Shown here: positions 42,235 to 50,374 of the stretch, one piece after another
Layout of the letters: each line of letters opens with the position of its first letter
Position numbering within the stretch: the first letter of the stretch is position 1
Assembly (NCBI GenBank): GCA_036405895.1
Contig: DASWWS010000001.1
Span: forward strand, 310,468-363,743
DNA from: Minisyncoccota bacterium
Lineage (GTDB): Bacteria > Patescibacteriota > Minisyncoccia > Phycocordibacterales > UBA9973
Length of the DNA: 53,276 nucleotides
Direction of reading: 5' to 3'
Position numbers and translations under genes: made by a program
Notes under the pieces: model-generated
The model's input: the letters and a program-made list of their open reading frames with translations, nothing else
Databases searched by the model: none
Told to the model about the DNA's origin: nothing

Positions 42235-42284
42235 TGTCATCGATAGGAATCGAACCTATATAAAGCAACCGCTTTATACTAATG
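42235..42284 (-). pseudogene. tRNA 3'-half-like fragment (T arm plus acceptor 3' strand) abutting tRNA-Arg
   Basis: The reverse complement contains ATAGGTTCGATTCCTAT (a canonical T arm), then CGATGACA, preceded by the 8-bp hairpin tataaagc GGTT gctttata. No matching 5' acceptor strand or D arm is present. Confidence 0.4.
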
Positions 42285-42356
42285 TGCCCCCAGCACGAGT
42301 CGAACGCACATCAATCCCTTAGGACGGGACGGTTCTATCCATTAAACTATGAGGGC
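42285..42356 (-). tRNA. tRNA-Arg (anticodon CCU)
   Basis: Reverse complement GCCCTCATAGTTTAATGGATAGAACCGTCCCGTCCTAAGGGATTGATGTGCGTTCGACTCGTGCTGGGGGCA. The anticodon loop GTCCTAA has an unusual G32. Confidence 0.8.
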
Positions 42357-42365
42357 AATGTATTA

Positions 42366-42605
42366 CTATGCAGCAATACCGAGAATTTCAGCAACCTTCT
42401 GTTCCTGAAAACCGACGACGACAGTATCATCTATCCTGATTACTGGCACGCCGAGCTGGTGAGTAAGTTCCATCATTTCCTGGCGCTTTGCCATGTCCTC
42501 GCCGACATTGTGTTCGGTGTACTCTAAGTCATTGGCCTTAAAAAAATCCTTCGCAAGGTTGCAAAAATGGCAGTTGTTGGTGCTGTAAATCGTGATTTTC
42601 TTCAT
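42366..42605 (-). CDS. Glutaredoxin/NrdH-like redoxin
   Basis: 79 aa. KITIYSTNNCHFCNLAKDFF (CxxC) and LGVPVIRIDD. Confidence 0.8.
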   Translation of the reverse strand: MKKITIYSTNNCHFCNLAKDFFKANDLEYTEHNVGEDMAKRQEMMELTHQLGVPVIRIDDTVVVGFQEQKVAEILGIAA

Positions 42606-42642
42606 ATAGGATAATTATAGCATACGGTGAAATGGGTCCTTA

Positions 42643-43026
42643 CTAGTCTTTTTTGAAGCCAAGCCCCCGCAGTATTGCCTCCCACCAGTGCCCAATACGG
42701 CTTTGCTCTTTTACAGGAACCGGCTCTGGTACAACAGGTGCGGTGATAATAATCATCTCCTCTCCCGGCTTTACCACATTGAATTTCGCACGCAGCGACT
42801 GCTGCTGCCCGTCCGGCGTCTCCAAATAGCTGTTTTGCTCCATCAAGGCAAGCTCTTTTTCTTCAAGCTTTGCCTGCTTTGTTTTCAATTCGCGCGTTCG
42901 CCCCTTAATGGCAAAATACTTCTCTGCAAGGCCAATCACGGAGGTAAGGAGCATGAAAAAAGCAATCAGGGCGACCAGGGCTCCGAGGAGGCGCTTGTAT
43001 GAAATTTTTTGCTTTGAATGCGGCAT
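42643..43026 (-). CDS. Septum formation initiator (FtsB/DivIC-like)
   Basis: N-terminal TM helix, a coiled coil (RELKTKQAKLEEKELALMEQNSYLETP), then LRAKFNVVKPGEEMIII. Confidence 0.65.
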   Translation of the reverse strand: MPHSKQKISYKRLLGALVALIAFFMLLTSVIGLAEKYFAIKGRTRELKTKQAKLEEKELALMEQNSYLETPDGQQQSLRAKFNVVKPGEEMIIITAPVVPEPVPVKEQSRIGHWWEAILRGLGFKKD

Positions 43027-43069
43027 GAGACTTTTGGCGTTTTACGCTGTGGCGTGCTAGCATAGGGCT

Positions 43070-43177
43070 ATGCTATTCAATCATAACAGAAAAAGAGTGG
43101 AATTTGTGTGGAAGATCATCGGCGTACTGATGATTATCTGCATGCTTGCTTTCACTATTCTTCCTCTCTTCCAGTAA
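43070..43177 (+). CDS. Possible 35-aa membrane peptide
   Basis: MLFNHNRKRVEFVWKIIGVLMIICMLAFTILPLFQ. This is my own translation and it is below the track cut-off. It fills the gap between convergent genes. Confidence 0.25.
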   Translation: MLFNHNRKRVEFVWKIIGVLMIICMLAFTILPLFQ

Positions 43178-43189
43178 TTCTCTGTAGCT

Positions 43190-44980
43190 TTATTGCTGCT
43201 TCATCACCTTGATAAAGACATCGTGAGGGATGTTGATAGATGCGTGTTCGCGCATCTTCTTTTTCCCTTTCTTCTGCTTATCAAGGAGCTTGTTCTTGCG
43301 CGATACGTCCCCTCCATAGAGATGCCCGATCACGTCCTTTCGGAATGCTTTTAGCGTACGGCTCGCGATAATGCGGCCAAACACTTTTGCCTGAATTTTC
43401 ATTTCCACCTGCTGGCGCGGAAGCAAGCCTTCGAGCTTTTCAACAAACATATCCGCCTCTGCTTGTATGCGCCTGCGCGCAACAACACGGGTAAAGGCAT
43501 GCATCGGCTGGTCGCCCACAAGAATATCCATGCGTACCACGTCCGCGCTGCGCATTTCGTTTCCATCGTACGCAATCGATGCGTAGCCGCTCGTAATGCT
43601 TTTGAGTTCATCAAAAAATCCGCGCATCAATTCTCGAAGCGGAATGAGTGCGTTGATGCGACTTCTGTCGCCTCCAAACTGCTCAATCTCCCCCACTTCC
43701 GCTTCGTGTTCAAACAAAAACGGCATCAATGGGCCCACATAATCAAGGGGTGTAATAATTGCAATATTCACCCACGGCTCCTGCACGCTTACCACCGTAC
43801 CATCGTCTGGAAAGAGGTGCGGCGAATACACGGATATTGTTTTTTTGTCTTTGAGTGTCACCTCATACGTAATAGAAGGAAGGGTAACAATCAATTCCAA
43901 ATTAAACTCTCGGCGCAAGCGCTCGGTGATAATTTCGAGGTGAAGCATGCCAAGAAATCCGCAGCGGTATCCGCGCCCTAAAGATCCTGATACTTCTTCT
44001 TCGTATGAAAATGCGCTATCTGAAAGGCGCAGTCGTCCCAATGCCATGCGCAAATTGTCAAAATCGTCCTGGCTTTCAGGGTAAATCGATGCCCACACTA
44101 CTGGTCGCGGCTGCGTGTATCCAGGTAATCCTTGGGCCGGCTTCTTTGGGTCAATAATACTGTCTCCAACCGATGCAATCCCCGCGCTTTTGATACCTGT
44201 CACGATGTAGCCGATTTGTCCGTCTTGCAGAGCATCGGTCGCTGTTGCCTCCGGCATAAACACTCCCACTTCGAGCGCCTGAAATTGTTGTTTTGCCGCC
44301 GCAAACGAAAGCGTGTCGCCTTTTTTAATGCTTCCTGAGAATACTCGCACAAACACAATCACTCCTTTATGGTTTGAATAGCTGAAGTCGAAGACAAGCG
44401 CCTGAACATTTGTTGTCTCTGCTGGCTTTGGCGCAGGAATGTCCGAGATGATTCGTGACAAAAGCTCCGCCACCCCTTCTCCTGTTTTTCCGGACACTTC
44501 GCGCACATCTTCAGGCGCACAGCCCAAGAGCAAACAAATTTCTGCCTTAGTTTCCGCAATACGCGAAAGCGGAGAGTCGATTTTGGTTAAACACGGAATA
44601 ATCACGAGCCCGCTTTCGCGCGCCATTGCAAGAGTCGTCAGTGTTTGCGCCTGTACGCCCTGTGTTGAGTCCACCAAAAGAAGAGACCCTTCTACCGCTT
44701 TGAGTGCGCGCGACACTTCGTATGAGAAGTCGATGTGCCCCGGCGTATCGATAAGGTTGAGCATGTATTCCACGCCGTCTTTTTTGTGGAGCATGCGCAC
44801 CGGCTGCATCTTGATAGTGATTCCGCGCTCGCGCTCGAGCTCCATATTGTCGAGCACCTGGTCGCGCATTTTGCGCGCTTCAATCGTGCCTGTCACTTCA
44901 AGCATGCGGTCCGCAAGTGTGGACTTTCCGTGGTCGATATGAGCAATAATGCTGAAATTTCTAATGTTTTTGAGTTCCAT
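43190..44980 (-). CDS. lepA: Elongation factor 4
   Basis: IIAHIDHGKSTLADR, DTPGH, TKID, plus the LepA C-terminal domain (RRRIQAEADMFVEKL...YGGDVSRK). Confidence 0.95.
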   Translation of the reverse strand: MELKNIRNFSIIAHIDHGKSTLADRMLEVTGTIEARKMRDQVLDNMELERERGITIKMQPVRMLHKKDGVEYMLNLIDTPGHIDFSYEVSRALKAVEGSLLLVDSTQGVQAQTLTTLAMARESGLVIIPCLTKIDSPLSRIAETKAEICLLLGCAPEDVREVSGKTGEGVAELLSRIISDIPAPKPAETTNVQALVFDFSYSNHKGVIVFVRVFSGSIKKGDTLSFAAAKQQFQALEVGVFMPEATATDALQDGQIGYIVTGIKSAGIASVGDSIIDPKKPAQGLPGYTQPRPVVWASIYPESQDDFDNLRMALGRLRLSDSAFSYEEEVSGSLGRGYRCGFLGMLHLEIITERLRREFNLELIVTLPSITYEVTLKDKKTISVYSPHLFPDDGTVVSVQEPWVNIAIITPLDYVGPLMPFLFEHEAEVGEIEQFGGDRSRINALIPLRELMRGFFDELKSITSGYASIAYDGNEMRSADVVRMDILVGDQPMHAFTRVVARRRIQAEADMFVEKLEGLLPRQQVEMKIQAKVFGRIIASRTLKAFRKDVIGHLYGGDVSRKNKLLDKQKKGKKKMREHASINIPHDVFIKVMKQQ

Positions 44981-45031
44981 AAGTGGGGTGACTATACCAT
45001 ATAAGGCTTATTTCGTAAAAATGCTTCTCTT

Positions 45032-45589
45032 TTATTTGCAGACAAAATCTTCGTTTGCCCAGTTTGTTCCCCCACTTTGCTTGGCAACATATTCGCCTGT
45101 GCTTTCTTTTATATATCCCAAGTGAAGCCCGACCGAACCCCATACCGGAGTTATATAACAGTGGTATTTGTAAGCGTAGGTTCCGGACGGGGTCCAGTCC
45201 CCCGTCATGTTATTCACCGGGTCAACCGGCACGCTTGGCATAAAGCCAGCGGTGACAAGAAATTGCATAAAACCACCCCCTTGCGAACTGTAGTCCCAAG
45301 CCCCGGCATCATTTTCCGCATACGTACCTGTAGCCGGCCCACATGTTGTACCGCCGTAGTTGATTGGAAGACAGCCGTAGGTGTCATAGTACAAAAAGAG
45401 TGCCTTATAAATTTGGTCAATATCGCTTGCACGGCGGGCATCACGCGCTTTTACGCGCGCGCTATTTAATGACGCCATAATTACAGAAGCCAAAATACCG
45501 ATCACGGCGATGACAACCAATAGTTCGATAAGGGTAAAACCTTTTTGTGGGTTCTTTCTGTACATATATATAGTGTGGATGTTTTTCAT
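45032..45589 (-). CDS. Type IV pilin-like protein, last gene of the giant-protein operon
   Basis: KGFTLIELLVVIAVIGILASVIMASLNSARVKARDA. The start is ATG at 45589 or 45565. It begins 3-28 nt after the stop of the 1593-aa gene. Confidence 0.85.
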   Translation of the reverse strand: MKNIHTIYMYRKNPQKGFTLIELLVVIAVIGILASVIMASLNSARVKARDARRASDIDQIYKALFLYYDTYGCLPINYGGTTCGPATGTYAENDAGAWDYSSQGGGFMQFLVTAGFMPSVPVDPVNNMTGDWTPSGTYAYKYHCYITPVWGSVGLHLGYIKESTGEYVAKQSGGTNWANEDFVCK

Positions 45590-45592
45590 ATA

Positions 45593-48500
45593 TTACTCAA
45601 TGGCTGAAGGTTCGGGAGAGGGTTCTTCAGAAGGACCGTCCTCCTGTTGTTCTTGCGGTTCAGGCTCCGGAGTTGGCTCTGGTTCTGGAGTTGGTTCGGG
45701 TTGTGGTTCTGGTTCTGGAGCGGGTTCTTCAGAAGGACCGTCCTCCTCGCCCGGAGTTGGGTCGGGGTCAGGTGCAGGATCAGGGAGCGGGTCTGGAGCG
45801 GGATCCGGCTCCTCTGCAGGAGGAGTGTCTCCACCTCCATCTTCCGAGGAGCCTCCGTTATAATTACTGCCGCTATTGTTCATAATGCCTTCGAGCTCGC
45901 TCTTGGTGAGACAAATTTCTCCGTCATCATCTTCCACACACAATTCGCGCGTGCGCACCTTGCCGATATTCGCTATCCCTTCTGCAATACCTTCCAAGAA
46001 TTCCGCCACCTTCGCAGCCATACTTCCATCGTCTTCAAACTCTGGGAGTGCTTGTACTTTGATATCGAGCTCTTGAATAGCTTTGACAGCATAGGGGACA
46101 ATAGAGTCGCGACTGAACAACAGATAGCCGTCGCTGCCGTTGATTGTCACAACATTGGGCAACACATCATCAACATCCTGTGCGATAAATCCAGGGATGT
46201 CTTTTTCTCCTGTCAGTGCATCAAAGAGTGCGGGCTTCAGTTCGCGCAAGAGCTGCATTGCATCGATATTCTCGTCAAAATACCTGATGTTTTCTTTCAG
46301 TCGCTTGTCAGAACTACATGATCCTATATAGCCGCTGCTGTGACACATCGCAGTACCTCCTGGATATGCAGGCATACTAGCTGCTATAAGCTGGCCAGCA
46401 GATGCATAAATATTTCCAGCAACAGTGAGTTTTTCTGTGAGCGTTGCAGTGCCAATACCTACACTCCCAGCATCTCCGATACGCAAGCGCTCAGCGCCCG
46501 CAGAGTTACTAAAAACAAGATCGGGTGTGCCACTATTAGAGGCTGCCCCCATATAAAACACACCGCCGCCACTATTTGCCGCACCGAATGCATATTTATT
46601 GTTCGGGTTTGAAACAATTCGGTTGTCGGCAGAGCCGTCTCCCACCTGAAACGTGAACACGCTGGAGAGGAACGTGCTTGTTGCAACGCCTATTTGGCCA
46701 GCAGTGCTTATAGTCATTCGCGGAGTTCCTATAGCATTTGTGAAAAATGCTATAGGCGACCCGGTGCCTCCGTAAATGTTAAGTGCATTTGACCCTCCAT
46801 AAAATCCCGGCGAATTTTGGTTGTTGGTCCAAATATAGTTGTCCGCAGTTCCTGACTTTATTCTCATCTGCGCGTACGCACTTGCACTGACTCCGTCAGT
46901 GTTCTCAATGGTAAAAATATTTGATGTACCCACCACATGCAATTTAGCACTTGGTCCTGCCGTTCCAATACCGACGTTGCCGGCCCCAACAGTAACATTT
47001 CCTCCAAGGGGGTTGAGTTGGAGCGTTTGCCCAGTGGATGTACTAAATACCTGTATCCACCCCGTTCCGGCCGTAGAATTTTTACCCATTGTCATCGAGT
47101 TAAGATACACCCCAGCATTAGCGTCGTTGTTCGGTGTATCAGTAGCAATTATTCGACCTCCGGATGAATAAAGATATGTAGCGTTTGCCTGTCCAATCAC
47201 AGTGAGTGCGTCAGTAGGTGCCGAAGTTCCTATTCCAACCCTGCCCGTACTTGTTATCGCCAAGCGAGTGTCACCGCCATTGTATAACCCTAAAATACCG
47301 CTTCCAGCACTTGCTTCCAGCAACCCGACATAGGCTGCATTGCTTCCATTGGAATATTCTGTTGCTATATCACCTCCGACTCCTCCTGTTAGATTGATGT
47401 ATTGAGACCCCGTACCAATTACACTCAATTTTCTTAATGGACTCGTGGTCCCAATACCGACATTGCCGGATGAATTAATAAACATTCGACTTGCATAGCT
47501 GGTAGTATTGCTGAATATATCTAAGCCTCCATTAGAATCAACGCCGATACCAAATGATTTACCTGCATGGCTGCCCGTTAAAATAAGTGTAGGGAATGTT
47601 GCGCTAAGTTCAAGTTTTGGAATAAATCCCCCTAGCGCAGTGGGGGCAGTAGTTCCGATACCGACATTTCCCACAGCGTCTATTCTCATGCGCTCTCCTT
47701 GGCTTACTCCCGATTTATGAGTATTAAAGGTGAGATAGTCATCTGTTGTGGTACTGATAAATCCGATTGATCCATAAAGATTAGTAACATCGCTCGCTAC
47801 ACCTTGCGCTCTACCAATATAGCGAGAAGTGCTGTCGAGAGTATTCCCGACCTTAATGTTTCCCACTACTTCTAATTTTGATGCAGGTGTGGCACTGCCA
47901 ATACCGACATTTCCAGCCCCTACTATGAGGCCGTAATTATTGGTAGCTCCGGTAGCACTAAACCATCCACCATAATTTGTCGTTGAAGCTCCGGTAACAT
48001 CTGAAAATACGCCGTACGAATTGCCCGATACAGCCCCAGTCTTTTGAAGATAAATACCAACACTTCCTGAAACATTACTACTGTCAACAACTTCGAACTT
48101 TCCGGTAGGTGTAATGGTACCAATACCCACATTTCCATTTGCAAGGATTCGCATTTTTTCGGTCAGGCCGGTTGAGGTGCTGCGAGTCACCAGTGCAAGA
48201 TCCATGTTTGTATTGTCTCCTTGTGCAACACCAAGAATACTTGCCATATAGTTCTCTGCAGTGTTGCCGAAGATAATACCCATCTGATGATTGGCAGTGT
48301 TTACACTGTTTGTAATATTGATACCTCGCGCAAATCCAAGACCAGTATTTGTTGTCGTATCTGTAACATCAAGCCGTGCAAAGGGCGCTGTGGTACCGAT
48401 ACCGACATTGCCACCAGACGTTATTCTCATTTTTTCTGAAAATCCGGTTGCATCTTTTGCGGTTGCAATACCGAACTTCAAGCCTTCATTTGAAAAAATA

Positions 48501-50374
48501 GAGGAAGGGTCTCCTACAGTTGCAGAGGAGTATACAGTTACAAAGTTTCCTCCATTGTTTCCTTCTAGTACAAGCGATGAACCAGTGCTTCCTCCATTAT
48601 AAAGGTTGAGCGTTTTTCCAATACCAGAAGGCCCCACCGTCCCCACACCCACATTCCCGCTCGCATCAATCGAAAGATGATTTGCTGTTCCTCCTCCTGA
48701 ACTCATACCGAATACTCCAGAGGTGTCTGAACCGATGGAACCTGAATATGCGGAGTTGCGTTTGTAGAAGGTGCGGGAGTAGCCGGTTGAAGTGTTTGAG
48801 ACTGTTGTGTAGATACCGGTTGCGGAACTGTTGCGGACTTCGAACGAACCATCTGGTGAAGTGGTGCCCATACCAATTGCGCCGTCGCCGCGGATATAGA
48901 AGCGGGAGTTTGAACCGTTGTCGAGGAAGTTTGCGAGGGTGGTGGAAGAAGTGCCGTCACTTCCGTATACAAGAAGACCGGTGGTTGTTGTGGCAGTGGT
49001 GCCGACTTGGAGCTTGGCGTTGGGGTTCGCTGTTTCAATACCAACATTGCCTCCGGTGAAGAGGGCCGAGTATGTTGCGTTGGAGAAGGTGGTGGTGCCG
49101 GTGAAGGTGTTGGCAGAGGTGCCAGACTGCGTGTATGCGCCGGAGGTCACGATGCCGGTGGAGGCAGTGATTGCGCCTGCACCTGATACTTGAAAGGCAT
49201 CCCCAGATCCAACCGTGAAGAGTGCTGCGGGAGTGGCGTCGCCAATACCAATGTTGCCGTCTGCAAGAATGCGCATGCGCTCAGTGTTGTTGGTCTCAAA
49301 CGAAAGCGCATTGCTGTCATTCGTGCCAAGCGTTGCAAGTGCGCTGAAGCTGTTTCCGTTTTGTGCGAAGTATGTGGCAGAGCCAAAGGTGGTGTCGAGA
49401 GAGATGATACCGGTGCCGGAGTCATAGTCGATGCCGGTGCCTTCAGAGAGTGCGCTTCGGGCACGGCTGTCGAGGAAGTACAGGTTTGTTCCTTCAGGCA
49501 GGTCTGTTGTGGTTGCGTCTGAACTTAAGAGCCCAGCTGCGGAACTTCGCACAACCCCCGCCCCCAATGTAGTAACAGCGATGTTTTGATCAAACTCAAA
49601 CCTGTCCTCTGTGGAGTTCCAGGTGAAGAGCGCATTGGGTTGCAGTCCTCGATCAAAGATCAGCGTGATGTCTTCAGCATCATTGGAGAGGTTGTCTGAG
49701 TTGAAGGTGAAGTTTCCTGAGATGGTGCCGGAGATGTCAGAGTTTCCGGCTGAGATAGAGTTTGCAGTGATGGTGTCGACATAGATGTTGCGAAGGAGGA
49801 AGGAGGGTGAACCGATGTCGAAGGTTTGGTTTTCTGAGAGGAGAAGAGATGATGCCAAAGTTGCATTGAAGATGAGGGTGTCGGTGGAGTCGTTTCCGAT
49901 GGTGACGTCTCCATTGAAGAAGGCGTCGCTATTCACTGTCAGTGTGCCATCGATGACTGAGTTGCCTCCGATTGTGAGGGAGTCAGTGCTGTCGTCGAAG
50001 GTGAGACCGGTGCTTTCTGAGAGAACACCATCTGTACCGATGAATGGAATTGAAGAAGGCGTGAAGGAAGAGAAGGTTGGAGCGTTGGAGAAAGAGGCAC
50101 TGGTGAGGGTGATGTCTGAGAGGGTGTCGGTCCAGCTGGTTTGATTGCCATCGGTGGTGAGGAGCTTGCCTGCATTGCCTGTTTGTTCTGAGAGGATCTG
50201 GACGGAACAGTTGGTGTCTCCTGGAGCACAAGAGGGATCAAGTGTTTCTCCGGGAGCGTATTTGGTGGAGGGAGGGACGGCTAAAGAAATAGAGAAAGAA
50301 TAGAGAAATACGAAAAGAACACACAGCAACGTGCGCTTATGCTTTTGCCAGATTGTCGAGGGATTGATCATCAT
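45593..50374 (-). CDS. Giant (1593 aa) secreted tail-fibre-like repeat protein with a C-terminal S74-type intramolecular chaperone module
   Basis: N-terminal signal/anchor (LLCVLFVFLYSFSISLAVP). About 13 modules carrying ERMRI...GNVGIGT(T/A)xP. SSDKRLKENI...IVPYAVKAIQELDIKVQAL is S74-like. A conserved extension and a Pro/Glu/Asp tail follow. Confidence 0.85.
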   Translation of the reverse strand: MMINPSTIWQKHKRTLLCVLFVFLYSFSISLAVPPSTKYAPGETLDPSCAPGDTNCSVQILSEQTGNAGKLLTTDGNQTSWTDTLSDITLTSASFSNAPTFSSFTPSSIPFIGTDGVLSESTGLTFDDSTDSLTIGGNSVIDGTLTVNSDAFFNGDVTIGNDSTDTLIFNATLASSLLLSENQTFDIGSPSFLLRNIYVDTITANSISAGNSDISGTISGNFTFNSDNLSNDAEDITLIFDRGLQPNALFTWNSTEDRFEFDQNIAVTTLGAGVVRSSAAGLLSSDATTTDLPEGTNLYFLDSRARSALSEGTGIDYDSGTGIISLDTTFGSATYFAQNGNSFSALATLGTNDSNALSFETNNTERMRILADGNIGIGDATPAALFTVGSGDAFQVSGAGAITASTGIVTSGAYTQSGTSANTFTGTTTFSNATYSALFTGGNVGIETANPNAKLQVGTTATTTTGLLVYGSDGTSSTTLANFLDNGSNSRFYIRGDGAIGMGTTSPDGSFEVRNSSATGIYTTVSNTSTGYSRTFYKRNSAYSGSIGSDTSGVFGMSSGGGTANHLSIDASGNVGVGTVGPSGIGKTLNLYNGGSTGSSLVLEGNNGGNFVTVYSSATVGDPSSIFSNEGLKFGIATAKDATGFSEKMRITSGGNVGIGTTAPFARLDVTDTTTNTGLGFARGINITNSVNTANHQMGIIFGNTAENYMASILGVAQGDNTNMDLALVTRSTSTGLTEKMRILANGNVGIGTITPTGKFEVVDSSNVSGSVGIYLQKTGAVSGNSYGVFSDVTGASTTNYGGWFSATGATNNYGLIVGAGNVGIGSATPASKLEVVGNIKVGNTLDSTSRYIGRAQGVASDVTNLYGSIGFISTTTDDYLTFNTHKSGVSQGERMRIDAVGNVGIGTTAPTALGGFIPKLELSATFPTLILTGSHAGKSFGIGVDSNGGLDIFSNTTSYASRMFINSSGNVGIGTTSPLRKLSVIGTGSQYINLTGGVGGDIATEYSNGSNAAYVGLLEASAGSGILGLYNGGDTRLAITSTGRVGIGTSAPTDALTVIGQANATYLYSSGGRIIATDTPNNDANAGVYLNSMTMGKNSTAGTGWIQVFSTSTGQTLQLNPLGGNVTVGAGNVGIGTAGPSAKLHVVGTSNIFTIENTDGVSASAYAQMRIKSGTADNYIWTNNQNSPGFYGGSNALNIYGGTGSPIAFFTNAIGTPRMTISTAGQIGVATSTFLSSVFTFQVGDGSADNRIVSNPNNKYAFGAANSGGGVFYMGAASNSGTPDLVFSNSAGAERLRIGDAGSVGIGTATLTEKLTVAGNIYASAGQLIAASMPAYPGGTAMCHSSGYIGSCSSDKRLKENIRYFDENIDAMQLLRELKPALFDALTGEKDIPGFIAQDVDDVLPNVVTINGSDGYLLFSRDSIVPYAVKAIQELDIKVQALPEFEDDGSMAAKVAEFLEGIAEGIANIGKVRTRELCVEDDDGEICLTKSELEGIMNNSGSNYNGGSSEDGGGDTPPAEEPDPAPDPLPDPAPDPDPTPGEEDGPSEEPAPEPEPQPEPTPEPEPTPEPEPQEQQEDGPSEEPSPEPSAIE
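45596..45829 (-). repeat. Low-complexity Pro/Glu/Asp-coding tandem repeat (C-terminal tail of the 1593-aa protein)
   Basis: PAEEPDPAPDPLPDPAPDPDPTPGEEDGPSEEPAPEPEPQPEPTPEPEPTPEPEPQEQQEDGPSEEPSPEP. It contains two copies of ggttcttcagaaggaccgtcctcct (45621-45645 and 45723-45747). Confidence 0.9.

Noticed and set aside
45596-45829. CRISPR-like or tandem-repeat array in the short periodic ggttc/ggagc repeats
   Set aside because: The periodicity is 6-12 nt, in frame, and encodes the PEPxPEP low-complexity tail of an uninterrupted ORF. There is no repeat-spacer structure.
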